A DNA stretch of 64,000 nt from contig CBDBHB010000009.1 in assembly GCA_965205505.1 (NCBI GenBank), positions 2,592,001 through 2,656,000 on the forward strand, written 5' to 3'. The notes below the pieces were generated by a model. The model was given only the letters and a program-made list of their open reading frames with translations. It was not told the origin of the DNA and ran no database searches. This DNA is from Acidobacteriota bacterium (GTDB taxonomy: Bacteria; Acidobacteriota; UBA890; WLXD01). This document shows positions 1-9,187 of this stretch, piece after piece. How positions within the stretch are numbered: the first letter of the stretch is position 1; each line of letters begins with the position of its first letter. The translations under genes and the position numbers were made by a program.

Positions 1-636
1 CTGCGGCTGCGCGCCGAGGTTCAGCAGCCGAGCTCGCGACTCAATGTGGTGTTCATGGGGCAGGGCGAGCCTCTCGACAACGCCGCCGCCGTATTCGCAG
101 CCGTCGATGCCATGCAAGACCCCAACGGACTGTCGTTGGGCTGGCGTCGCATAACCGTCTCGACCGTGGGGCTGGTTCCCGCCATTCTCGCGCTCGCCAA
201 GCTGGGGGCGCGGCGCCCACGAATCGCGGTCTCGCTGAACGCGTCGACTGACGACGTGCGTTCTGATCTCATGCCGGTGAATCGCAAGTACCCCATTGCC
301 GCGCTGATCGGCGCGCTGCGGGAAGTGCGCTGGCGCAATCGCGAGAAGCTGACCTGCGAATATGTGCTGCTCAGCGGTGTCAACGACACCGACGCCGACG
401 CCCGACGTCTCGGCGGCCTGCTCGGAAGCCTGCCGGCGAAGGTGAACTTGATTCCGTGGAATCCGATCCCAGGAATGGCCTATCAGCGGCCGTCACCGGA
501 GCGCGTCGAGCAGTTTCGCCGCGTGGCACGGAACAGTGGCCTGGATGTGCTGGTTCGCTACAGTCGCGGGGCCGACATCGGAGCTGCGTGCGGGCAGCTA
601 GCGACCGCCGCCGCGGGCTCTGGGCCGGGGCGCTAG
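1..636 (+). CDS. rlmN: 23S rRNA m2A2503 radical-SAM methyltransferase RlmN (5' truncated by window edge)
   Basis: Frame open from base 1; NVVFMGQGEP, RITVSTVG, SLNA, EYVLL.GVND, KVNLIPWN, RGADIGAACGQL motifs. Confidence 0.93.
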   Translation: MRLRAEVQQPSSRLNVVFMGQGEPLDNAAAVFAAVDAMQDPNGLSLGWRRITVSTVGLVPAILALAKLGARRPRIAVSLNASTDDVRSDLMPVNRKYPIAALIGALREVRWRNREKLTCEYVLLSGVNDTDADARRLGGLLGSLPAKVNLIPWNPIPGMAYQRPSPERVEQFRRVARNSGLDVLVRYSRGADIGAACGQLATAAAGSGPGR

Positions 637-911
637 CAGGCCGTGGTGAAAGTGTGGCGGGCCTGGCGACAGGGTCTTGCGGGGCGCAGGCAAGGAGAGA
701 GGAGGAGGCGATGGTTACCCGATCGTTGACGACGAACGACGTAGCATACGTGCGCAACCCCCTGTCGCCCGAAGGGTTACGGCGATTTGGGGCCATGTGC
801 GGCGTTGGCCTTCCTCGATGATGGTTAAGGCATCGCCAGCGTCAGGCCGCCTTGCATCTGGCCCCAACTCGCCGTAACCAGGCCCGCCACACTTCCACCA
901 CGGCCTGCTAG
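633..911. mobile_element. Non-autonomous CTAG-bounded palindromic element (MITE/REP-like), copy A
   Basis: 34-bp terminal inverted repeat CTAGCAGGCCGTGGTG(A/G)AAGTGTGGCGGGCCTGG with 1 mismatch; two internal hairpin modules; related sequence at 19636-19896. Confidence 0.8.
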
Positions 912-1423
912 AGATCTTCGCCCGCCAGGCGATTCTCGAGGTCGGCCTGCATCGCGTCAACATTCGCGGCCTGCTGACGGCGATCGGCGTCCACCTTGTC
1001 GGCCATATCCGCGTCCCGTAGCGCCAGTATTCGGGCTGCCAGATGCGCCGCATTGACCGCCCCCGACTTGCCGATACCGACGGTCGCTACGGGAACCCCG
1101 CCCGGCATCTGAACCGTCGCCAGCAGCGCGTCGAGGCCGCCGAGTGCCGAGGCCACCAGCGGTACGCCGATCACTGGCAGGCGGGTGTGCGCGGCGATCG
1201 CGCCGGCAAGGTGGGCGGCGCCGCCGGCCCCCGCGATGATCACTTCGAGCCCCCGCTCGGCTCCGTCTGCAGCGTACTTGGCCACTGACCGCGGGCTGCG
1301 ATGTGCCGACATCACGCGAACCTCGTACGGGATACCGAGCTTCTGAAGAATCCGTACCCCGGATACCATCACGTCGAAATCCGAAATGCTCCCCATCACT
1401 ACGGCAACGCGTGCAACGCTCAT
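908..1423 (-). CDS. purE: N5-CAIR mutase PurE
   Basis: VMGS.SD, SAHRSP, IIAGAGGAAHL, PVIGVP, QMPGGVPVATV motifs. Confidence 0.97.
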   Translation of the reverse strand: MSVARVAVVMGSISDFDVMVSGVRILQKLGIPYEVRVMSAHRSPRSVAKYAADGAERGLEVIIAGAGGAAHLAGAIAAHTRLPVIGVPLVASALGGLDALLATVQMPGGVPVATVGIGKSGAVNAAHLAARILALRDADMADKVDADRRQQAANVDAMQADLENRLAGEDL

Positions 1424-2700
1424 CCACAGGCCCCAGTTCTCCGACCGATGTCGCGTCGGTAGTGCATTCCCTCGAACTCGATCGTGTCGATCGCGTCATA
1501 GGCCGCATCGAGAGCGGCGGACAACGATTCACCCAGGGCGGAGACGCCCAACACTCTCCCGCCAGTAGTAACCAATTCCCCTGAATCCTCTGCGGTGCCG
1601 GCGTGGAACACCATCAGGTCGTCGCGTGCCGTCAACGCCTCGAGCCCGACAATCGGGTCGCCCTTCCGGTAAGGCCCCGGGTAGCCCTGCGCCGCCAAGA
1701 TCACACAGGCAGCGTGCTGCCGAGACCAACGCAACGGCCTATTCGGCAAGCTGCCAGCGGCAACGCCGGCGAATAGCTCGCCGACGTCCTCATGCAGCAG
1801 TGGCAGCACTGCCTGCGCCTCCGGATCGCCGAAGCGGCAGTTGTACTCCAGGACAAGAGGCCCCTCGTCGGTGAACATGAGACCGCCGTACAGCACACCC
1901 GCAAACGGGCGATCCTCCGCGGCCATGCCGTCGATCGTGACCTGCAAAATCCCTCGCGTCAGCTCGTCCGCGGTGGCGGCGGATATCACCGACTCAGCCG
2001 GCGCATAGGCGCCCATCCCGCCGGTGTTGGGCCCGCGGTCGCCGTCGAGCGCTTGCTTGTGGTCTTGCGACGGCAGCAGCGGTACGACGTGCCGTCCATC
2101 GGACAGTGCCATCAACGTGACCTCGGTGCCCTCGAGAAACTGCTCGATCACCACGACGTTGCCGGCGTCGCCAAAGGTACCGTCGCTCATTGCGCTGATC
2201 GCCGCGGCAGCCGAGTCGGCATCGTGACAGATCAGCACGCCCTTCCCGGCGGCGAGGCCGTCGGCCTTCACGACGAGTGGAAAACCCCATGGCGGCTGGC
2301 GGGCGAAGTCGAGCGCCGGTGCCGATTCGCTGAAGATCTCGAAGTCGGCGGTCGGGATGCCGTGCCGTCGCATGAACGCCTTCGCGAACGCCTTGCTGCC
2401 CTCGAGGATCGCGGCCGGCTTGCGGGGCCCGAAACACGGGATGCCGACCTGCTCGAGAATTTCGGCGATTCCGTCAGCCAGAGGGACCTCAGGGCCGACA
2501 ACCACGAGGTCGACGGAGTGCTCCTGGGCGGCGTGCGCCAGCGCCCCCAGGTCGCCGGCGTTGATCGGCCAGCAAGTCGCGTGGCGCGCGATGCCAGCGT
2601 TTCCGGGCGCACAGTACACGGTATCGACGCTGTCGCTCCGTTGCAGCGCCCACACCAGCGCGTGCTCACGCCCGCCGCCTCCGACTACCAGGACGTCCAT
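1420..2700 (-). CDS. purD: Phosphoribosylamine-glycine ligase PurD
   Basis: GGGGREHAL, APGNAG, LEGSKAFAK, KADGLAAGKGV, GPNTGGMGAY, EYNCRFGDPE. Confidence 0.98.
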   Translation of the reverse strand: MDVLVVGGGGREHALVWALQRSDSVDTVYCAPGNAGIARHATCWPINAGDLGALAHAAQEHSVDLVVVGPEVPLADGIAEILEQVGIPCFGPRKPAAILEGSKAFAKAFMRRHGIPTADFEIFSESAPALDFARQPPWGFPLVVKADGLAAGKGVLICHDADSAAAAISAMSDGTFGDAGNVVVIEQFLEGTEVTLMALSDGRHVVPLLPSQDHKQALDGDRGPNTGGMGAYAPAESVISAATADELTRGILQVTIDGMAAEDRPFAGVLYGGLMFTDEGPLVLEYNCRFGDPEAQAVLPLLHEDVGELFAGVAAGSLPNRPLRWSRQHAACVILAAQGYPGPYRKGDPIVGLEALTARDDLMVFHAGTAEDSGELVTTGGRVLGVSALGESLSAALDAAYDAIDTIEFEGMHYRRDIGRRTGACG

Positions 2701-3021
2701 TTGTGGCTCTCAGCGTCAGGTGAACAATGCAGAACGAGGGCGCGCAGAACACCACCCGTCATGATCCAGGCCGGTGGTCCGGATTCGGCTGGAGGGTGTT
2801 ATCACACGCTTCGCGAGTGGGCAACAAGCGATCCATGAGGCTGCGGGCGGCCCGATCGGTTGGCCGACAGGACTGGCGCGAAGGCGTTTGACGGCCTCAC
2901 TCGAAGTCGGTAGGCTTGCTCTTTCTGGCCGCTCTACGGCACGCCGTTCGTGCGCAGGCAAGAAGAAACAGGAGCCGGTGCATCGCTCCCGCGCTCAGCT
3001 CCGCAACCAGGAAACCGAACC

Positions 3022-3225
3022 ATGGCTTTCGTCCGCGTCGAGGATGGCGAGTCGATCGAACACGCCCTGCGGCGGTTCCGTCGCTTCGTGCAGCGAGAGA
3101 ACATTCTCCGCGACGCCAAGCGCCACTCGCACTTCGTCAAGCCGGGCGAGCGCCGGCGTGCGAAGCAGGCAGCGGCGCGACGTCGGTGGCGGCGCCGTCA
3201 GCGCCGCATGCGCGCCGATCCATAG
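3022..3225 (+). CDS. rpsU: 30S ribosomal protein S21
   Basis: VRVEDGESIEHALRRFRR...FVKPGERRR; start reassigned to ATG 3022. Confidence 0.9.
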   Translation: MAFVRVEDGESIEHALRRFRRFVQRENILRDAKRHSHFVKPGERRRAKQAAARRRWRRRQRRMRADP

Positions 3226-3238
3226 GCGGCGCTCAGCG

Positions 3239-4504
3239 TCAGTCCGGCGCTGACTTCCCCGGAGCGGGCGGCCCCGTTGCCCGTGCCTGCCACGCCCAGA
3301 TCACCAGCGCCGGCAGATACTCCACCAGACGCGGCCACCAGGGCTCGACCCAAAGACTGCTATCGCCGGTGTTGGCGACCAGAATCCAGTAGGCCGTGGG
3401 GGCCAGGGTGCATAGTGCTATCCAGCCGATGTCGACTGCCGCCGCGGCAAACGGCAACGCCCAAAGCAGGTACCAAGGGTGGATCGTCGGCATCAGCAAG
3501 GTGAACGCGAGAAGCAACCAGTAGCCGGCGCGCACCGGGTCGTCGCGGCGCCGCCAGAGCCACAGCAGAAGCCCGAGCCCGAGACCAGCGCCGATAGCCT
3601 TTGCCGCGGCCAGCGAGCCGCTCGCGGCGTGCAGTACGAAGAACGCACCGTCGTTGAATCGCCAGCGCCCGGCATAGTCGAGCCAAGGCTGGAGCATGAC
3701 GGCCCCGGCATCGAGGAAGGGAGCGTAGCCAAGAAGCAGGGCGCCGGCGAACAGCGGCAAGTGCCAACGTCTCCGATTGCGGAGAATCAGCGGGACGAAT
3801 ACCAGGGGCCACGCCTTGAGGAGCACGCCACAGGCCAGTAGCAGCGTGCTCAGCACGGCACGCCCCCGAGCGTGAGCCAGTAGCGCTGCCAGGACAGCCG
3901 CGATGGCCCAGCCGTCGAAGTGCCCACTGGCGGCGAACTCCATCGCCGGCAGCGGGTGTAGCGCGTAGATTGCCAGCTGCCATCGAGGGCGCCTCCAGGC
4001 GCGCAAGCAGCCGAGGAGCAGGACGATGGCGAGCAGATCGCCTAACGCCGCCACCGCCTGAAACGTCTTGATGCTGTTACCCAGGCCATAGGTAACTCCG
4101 AAGAGTACCTGCGCCAAGGGAGGATAGATCGTGCGAATACGGGGATAATTGATTCGTGACCACTGTTCATCGCGAAGAGTCTCGAGTGCGGCGGCGGCGG
4201 GGGGCTCTGCATACGGGTTCCTGCCTGCTGCTTGTACCCTTCCATCCCAGCGGTAGCGATAGATGTCATCCGACAGGGTCGGTGGCATGCTGAGCAACAG
4301 CAGGCGTAGGGCGAGGGCTGTGAAAAGGACCGTACCGGTTACGACCTGGCGCCTGGACGGGCTCCAAGCGGGCCATACTCGAGCCAGCGACCAGCACATG
4401 AGGGCGTGGCAGATGCCGGCCAACAGCATCAGCGATACGGCGGCGCGGGCGTTCGCACGCAGGTCGCCGAGGCCCCAGAGGCCGAGCATGCACGCCGCCA
4501 GCAT
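3239..4504 (-). CDS. GT-C fold integral membrane glycosyltransferase (GT87/mannosyltransferase-like); start uncertain
   Basis: LSDDIYRYRWDG, TIYPP, SGHFD, PTIHPWY motifs with many TM segments. Confidence 0.8.
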   Translation of the reverse strand: MLAACMLGLWGLGDLRANARAAVSLMLLAGICHALMCWSLARVWPAWSPSRRQVVTGTVLFTALALRLLLLSMPPTLSDDIYRYRWDGRVQAAGRNPYAEPPAAAALETLRDEQWSRINYPRIRTIYPPLAQVLFGVTYGLGNSIKTFQAVAALGDLLAIVLLLGCLRAWRRPRWQLAIYALHPLPAMEFAASGHFDGWAIAAVLAALLAHARGRAVLSTLLLACGVLLKAWPLVFVPLILRNRRRWHLPLFAGALLLGYAPFLDAGAVMLQPWLDYAGRWRFNDGAFFVLHAASGSLAAAKAIGAGLGLGLLLWLWRRRDDPVRAGYWLLLAFTLLMPTIHPWYLLWALPFAAAAVDIGWIALCTLAPTAYWILVANTGDSSLWVEPWWPRLVEYLPALVIWAWQARATGPPAPGKSAPD

Positions 4505-4543
4505 CGCCGAGCTGGCCGTCAAGGCGACCAGGAACGTGCGGGC

Positions 4544-6019
4544 ATGAGTGGTTCCGGGCTGCTGGTGGCCGGCTACCTCAGCGTGTTGCTGTTGTTGTCG
4601 ATCTTCGGGTTGCACAGGCTCTACCTGGTATCGCTATATCTGCGCACTCGGCGCGCGGCACCGAGCGACCCGCCGCCGCCGAAGGTTTGGCCGATGGTCA
4701 CCGTGCAGCTGCCGGTGTTTAACGAAATGTATGTTGTCGAACGTCTCATCGATGCGGTAGCCCGCCTCGAATATCCTGCCGATCGACTCGAGATCCAGGT
4801 GCTCGACGATTCCACCGACGCCACGTCGGAACGCATACGGCAGAGGGTCGCGTCGCTGCGACGCGAAGGGTTCGACATAAAGCACCTCCGACGCACCAAC
4901 CGAAACGGATTCAAGGCCGGCGCGCTGAAGGCCGGCATGCTCAGCGCGCGCGGCGAGCTCCTCTGTATTTTCGATGCCGACTTCGTGCCCACGCCAGAGT
5001 TTCTGCGCCGCACCGTACCGCATTTCACGGATCCGACGGTGGGCATGGTGCAGGTTCGCTGGAGCCATCTGAACCGCGACCGCTCAGCGCTTACGCGGAT
5101 TCAGGCGATGTTCCTCGACGCGCACTTCGCGATCGAGCACGCCGCCCGGAGTCGGGCCGGCAGGTTCTTCAACTTCAACGGCACGGCCGGCGTGTGGCGG
5201 CGTGCGGCGATCGAAAACGCTGGCGGATGGGAGCACGACACGCTGACGGAGGATCTAGATCTCTCATACCGCGCGCAGCTGGCGGGATGGCGGTTCGTTT
5301 ATCTGAACGAGCTGCGGGCGCCGGCGGAGCTGCCGGTCTCGATAGGGGCCTTCAAGAGCCAGCAACGTCGCTGGACAAAAGGCGCCGTGCAAACGGCGCG
5401 CAAGCTGCTGCCCACCATTTGGAGGGCCCCGCTGCCCTGGCGCACAAAACTAGAGGCGAGCTTCCACCTCGGTGGCAATTTCGCCTACGTGCTGATGGTG
5501 ATGCTATCGCTGCTGGTGTTTCCGACCATGCTGGTGCGCGCCCCCTACGGAACCTCCGATCTGCTGCTTCTGGAGTTGCCGATCTTGCTCTTCGGCACCG
5601 GCTCCGTCGCCGTGTTCTTCGTGGTGGCTCAGCATCAGCTCGGACGATCGGTGGGCGTCGCCGCACGGAGGCTCCCGGCGCTGATGGCCCTCGGGGTGGG
5701 GTTGGCCCTGAACAACACCGTTGCGGTTGCGGCTGGCATGAGCCGTGCTCCAGGTGAGTTTGTGCGCACGCCGAAGCTCGCCGCGACGGCGAGCGGAGCA
5801 TCGACCTATCGCAGCACGCTCGGTGTCCTACCGATCATCGAAGCGGCAATGGCGCTGTATTTTGCCGCCGCGACGAGCATTGCCGTAGTGCTTCAGATGT
5901 GGGTTTGCCTGCCCGTTCTGCTGTTGTTCCTCGGCGGCTACGGCTGGGTAGCGTGGATGTCTGTGGCCGAGCTGGCGGCGCAGTCGATGCTCCCGGCCGT
6001 GGCGCATGGCTCTCGATAG
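4544..6019 (+). CDS. Cellulose-synthase-like GT2 glycosyltransferase
   Basis: VQLPVFNE, QVLDDSTD, GFKAGAL, FDADF, TEDLD, QQRRW (D,D,D,QxxRW). Confidence 0.92.
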   Translation: MSGSGLLVAGYLSVLLLLSIFGLHRLYLVSLYLRTRRAAPSDPPPPKVWPMVTVQLPVFNEMYVVERLIDAVARLEYPADRLEIQVLDDSTDATSERIRQRVASLRREGFDIKHLRRTNRNGFKAGALKAGMLSARGELLCIFDADFVPTPEFLRRTVPHFTDPTVGMVQVRWSHLNRDRSALTRIQAMFLDAHFAIEHAARSRAGRFFNFNGTAGVWRRAAIENAGGWEHDTLTEDLDLSYRAQLAGWRFVYLNELRAPAELPVSIGAFKSQQRRWTKGAVQTARKLLPTIWRAPLPWRTKLEASFHLGGNFAYVLMVMLSLLVFPTMLVRAPYGTSDLLLLELPILLFGTGSVAVFFVVAQHQLGRSVGVAARRLPALMALGVGLALNNTVAVAAGMSRAPGEFVRTPKLAATASGASTYRSTLGVLPIIEAAMALYFAAATSIAVVLQMWVCLPVLLLFLGGYGWVAWMSVAELAAQSMLPAVAHGSR

Positions 6020-7475
6020 TCCGCGACTGCGCTTCGCGCCGAGCCCTACCGGAAGGCTGCATCTAGGCAACGCGCGCACCGCGCTGATCAACTGGCTGGT
6101 GGCGCGCGCCGCGAACGGAACGCTGGTGCTGCGTATCGAGGATACCGATGCCGCACGTAACGTCGCCGGAGCCGAGCAGCACACGTACGAGATTCTTCGC
6201 TGGCTTGGAATCGACTGGGACGAGGGACCCGACGTCGGTGGCGACTGCGGCCCCTACAGGCAATCGCAGCGCGGCGAGCTTTACCGCGATGCGGTGGCGC
6301 GGCTGCTCGAGGCCGAGCAAGCCTACTACTGCTTCGAAGGCCCCGGCGAGCTGCGTCGCGCGCAGGAGGAGGCACGCCAGAGAGGCCGGCCGTTCCGACA
6401 CGCGTGCCGTGAGCTGACGCGGCCGGAATCGCTCCGCCGCGTCGAAGCCGGAGAGCCGGCGGCGGTGCGGTTTCGCACCCCGGATCGGGCGGTGCGGTTC
6501 GAGGACGGCCTGCGTGGCGCCACCGGCGTGCAGGCCGGCGAGGTCGACGACTTCGTCGTGGCCCGCCGCGACGGAACCCCGACGTATCAGCTGGCGGTCG
6601 TGGTCGACGATCACGGCATGTCCATCGATCACGTGCTGCGTGGACAAGACCACCTGTCCAACACGCCCAAGCAAATACTCCTCTACGAGGCCTTGGGTTG
6701 GTCCCCACCGTGTTTCACTCACCTGCCGTTGGTTCTGGGCGCGGATCGGGCGCGACTGTCCAAACGCCACGGCGACGTCACCGTCGAGCAGATGCGCGAC
6801 GACGGGATCTTGCCCGAGGCGCTCGCTAACTACCTAACGTTGCTTGGCTGGGCACCGCCCGATGGCCGAGAGGTGTGGCGGCTGGAGGAGTTGGTGGCAT
6901 CCTTCCAGGTCGCCGGCCTGTCGTCGGCCAACGTCGGACTCGACTTGAGCAAGCTCGAGTGGTTGAACCAGCAACATCTGCTCGCGCTCCCGCTAGACGA
7001 CGTTCTGGAGCGCGCCAGCGGGGCGCTTGCGGGGGCCGGCATCGAGCTGCCGACAGCCGGTCCGGCGCGGCAATGGTGGCGGGAGCTCGTGGACCTGTTG
7101 CGTCCGTCGCTACGTCGAATCGACGAGTTGCCAGACCGGTTCGAGAAGCTGAAGGGTGCGCCACCGAGCGCCATCCAGACGGAGCTCGATCCCGAAGACC
7201 ACGCCATGCTGTCGGCGTTCGGCCGCGCCAGTTGCGACGGCGAGCTGACCACCATCGACGACTTCAAGGCTGCGGCTCGTCGCATCGGCGAGGCGACCGG
7301 CCGGCGTGGCCGAGCATTGTTTCAGCCGCTCCGCAACGCCCTGACAGGGGAAGATCATGGCCCGGAACTGGCGAGGTTGGTGCCGTTGATCGAGAACGCC
7401 CGAAGACGTGGCGTCAACCCCGACATCCACACCGTCGCCGAGCGCATCGCGTCGCTGGTTGCGGCGCGTGGCTGA
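6006..7475 (+). CDS. gltX: Glutamate-tRNA ligase
   Basis: RFAPSPTGRLHLGN (HIGH), LRIEDTD, RLSKRHG (KMSKS), C-terminal anticodon-binding domain present. Confidence 0.9.
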   Translation: MALDSPRLRFAPSPTGRLHLGNARTALINWLVARAANGTLVLRIEDTDAARNVAGAEQHTYEILRWLGIDWDEGPDVGGDCGPYRQSQRGELYRDAVARLLEAEQAYYCFEGPGELRRAQEEARQRGRPFRHACRELTRPESLRRVEAGEPAAVRFRTPDRAVRFEDGLRGATGVQAGEVDDFVVARRDGTPTYQLAVVVDDHGMSIDHVLRGQDHLSNTPKQILLYEALGWSPPCFTHLPLVLGADRARLSKRHGDVTVEQMRDDGILPEALANYLTLLGWAPPDGREVWRLEELVASFQVAGLSSANVGLDLSKLEWLNQQHLLALPLDDVLERASGALAGAGIELPTAGPARQWWRELVDLLRPSLRRIDELPDRFEKLKGAPPSAIQTELDPEDHAMLSAFGRASCDGELTTIDDFKAAARRIGEATGRRGRALFQPLRNALTGEDHGPELARLVPLIENARRRGVNPDIHTVAERIASLVAARG

Positions 7476-8193
7476 GTGGCTGATCGGCCGGCACGCTGTC
7501 GTCGAGGCGCTCGCCGGATCGGCGCGTCGCGTGCATGAGGTCTGGACGCTTGCCGGCCGCCGCTCGGCGGCCATCGACGAGGTCCGCAACCGCGCCCAGG
7601 TGGCCGGTGTCGCGGTACGGGGAATCGAAGCTCGCGAGCTCGGTGGCGTGGCCCCTGGCGCGACCATAGCGGCGCGCTGCTCGGCCTTCCGGTATCGCGA
7701 CGAGGCCGACTTGCCAGCCGCCGCCCCGTCTGTCCCGTCGCTGGTCGTCGTGCTGGACGGCATACAGGATCCGCAGAACCTTGGCGCCATCGTTCGAACC
7801 GCCGAGGCGGCGGGTACCGTAGCACTTTGCATCCCGACTCGACGTGCCGCCCAGGTGACGCCGGCGGTCGTGCGCGCCTCGGCCGGGGCCACCGAGCACC
7901 TGCCGGTCCATCGGGTGACCAATATCGCGCAGGCTCTCGAGCACCTCAAGAGCCTCGGCTACTGGGTCGTCGGACTGGCCGCCTCTGGCGCTACACAGTG
8001 GGATCAGATCGACTATCAGAGGGCGGTGGCGCTGGTGGTGGGTGCCGAGGGTAGGGGACTGCGGCGCCTCGTAGCCGATCGTTGCGACCACTTGGTGACC
8101 CTGCCGATGCGTGGGCGTGTCCAATCGCTGAACGCTAGCGCGGCATTCGCCACTGTGGCATTCGAGGTGGTTCGCCAACAACAGGCCGGCTGA
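7468..8193 (+). CDS. rlmB: 23S rRNA Gm2251 2'-O-methyltransferase RlmB (TrmH family)
   Basis: LDGIQDPQNLGAIVRTA, VGAEGRGLR, LPMRGRVQSLNAS. Confidence 0.9.
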   Translation: MAEWLIGRHAVVEALAGSARRVHEVWTLAGRRSAAIDEVRNRAQVAGVAVRGIEARELGGVAPGATIAARCSAFRYRDEADLPAAAPSVPSLVVVLDGIQDPQNLGAIVRTAEAAGTVALCIPTRRAAQVTPAVVRASAGATEHLPVHRVTNIAQALEHLKSLGYWVVGLAASGATQWDQIDYQRAVALVVGAEGRGLRRLVADRCDHLVTLPMRGRVQSLNASAAFATVAFEVVRQQQAG

Positions 8194-8227
8194 TGCTCCA
8201 GATTGCGCCGAACCGGGGTCGGCAGGC

Positions 8228-8256
8228 TTGCCGGGTCTAGGAGCAGAACCTATAGT
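8228..8256 (+). promoter_or_regulatory. Putative sigma70 promoter of the tRNA-Thr operon
   Basis: TTGCCG-17 bp-TATAGT about 80 bp upstream of the tRNA. Confidence 0.6.
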
Positions 8257-8335
8257 TCGCCTGCAAAGCAGCCCTCTGCCGCGCGCTTCCTTGGGCGCGG
8301 CCACACCGATCCAACTTGCCCAGGGTTGCCAGCGG

Positions 8336-8408
8336 GCTGGCGTAGCTCAGTTGGGAGAGCAGCTGATTTGTAATCAGCAGGTCGGAGGTTCGAGTCCTCT
8401 CGCCAGCT
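8336..8408 (+). tRNA. tRNA-Thr(UGU), integration target
   Basis: Acceptor GCTGGCG/CGCCAGC, anticodon arm CTGAT-TTGTAAT-CAG, T loop GGTTCGAGTCC. Confidence 0.97.
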
Positions 8409-8409
8409 C
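8364..8409 (+). repeat. att direct repeat (left, inside intact tRNA-Thr)
   Basis: TGATTTGTAATCAGCAGGTCGGAGGTTCGAGTCCTCTCGCCAGCTC. Confidence 0.93.
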
Positions 8410-8477
8410 CTCGAAAGTCCCATGAGATCAATGGGTTATGGGATTATTCGGTATCCGCCTATCTCAAGAAAGATCAT

Positions 8478-8501
8478 TCGGGGTCGTCCTGGGGGTCGGT
8501 A
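8478..8501 (+). promoter_or_regulatory. Putative integrase arm-type binding sites (left end)
   Basis: TCGGGGTC-N-GGGGTCGGTA tandem, repeated near the other end at 16084-16106. Confidence 0.6.
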
Positions 8502-9187
8502 TCGGTCCGACTTGTGCTTCTCGACGCTCGAGCCGCTTCCCGCTGCCGCAGCTCCTGTCTCCGCCGCTCGTTCGCGACCCATGGCCGCGGTGGCAGAGAC
8601 GCACCCGCTCCTGGCCAACGACGTAGTCGACCAGGCGCATCGGAGCCTGGATTGTGGCGCCTGGTGAGGCGAATGAGACTTTGGTGGTTGCAGCTGCTCG
8701 AGTGCGCATGCGACACCCAGGCGCCGGAGCGTTGAGACCCCCTGCGGCGCCCGGTTCTAGCCTCTACAAGGCCCGTAGACGCGCATGGGTGCGGTGCAGG
8801 TAAGTAGCTGTCGAAAGCTCGACGCGCATGGGAGGCGCGCAACCGCGTACACGTAGAGTCACCGGCCCCCTCCAACGGCCCTACGTCGTCGCCTGTGCGT
8901 GCTGTGCATGGATCTCGAGGCGCTGACCTTGCCCATTTGCCCCATTTGCGCGCTCGAGGCTCGGCGGCCGTTAGAAACGATCTGTGGGCCTCGTAGGGGG
9001 CCGGCCTCCGAGATCACGCCGCGTAGCAGCCCGCTAGCAGCGTCTCGACACGAGATGACCCCGACCAGCAGCGCCTCGCCCGCGATGCGCCGGTTTGCTA
9101 TGCCGCTCGGTCACTCCCGCACGGTCTGGGGCTCGAATGTGGCATCATTTCCAGACTATCGAAGTAGATCACCTGCCGAGGTCCGGC

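Noticed and set aside
633-911. CRISPR array or toxin-antitoxin sRNA interpretation of the palindromic repeats
   Set aside because: No regularly spaced direct repeats with unique spacers, no cas genes and no credible small toxin ORF.
6006-7475. Glutamyl-Q tRNA(Asp) synthetase (GluQ) instead of GltX
   Set aside because: The 489-aa length and C-terminal anticodon-binding domain fit full GluRS.
8502-9180. Short ORFs and small repeats (GACGCGCATGGG x2, CCCATTTGC x2) in the left part of the element
   Set aside because: No ORF with an RBS or recognisable motif; repeats too short to interpret; probably decayed sequence.
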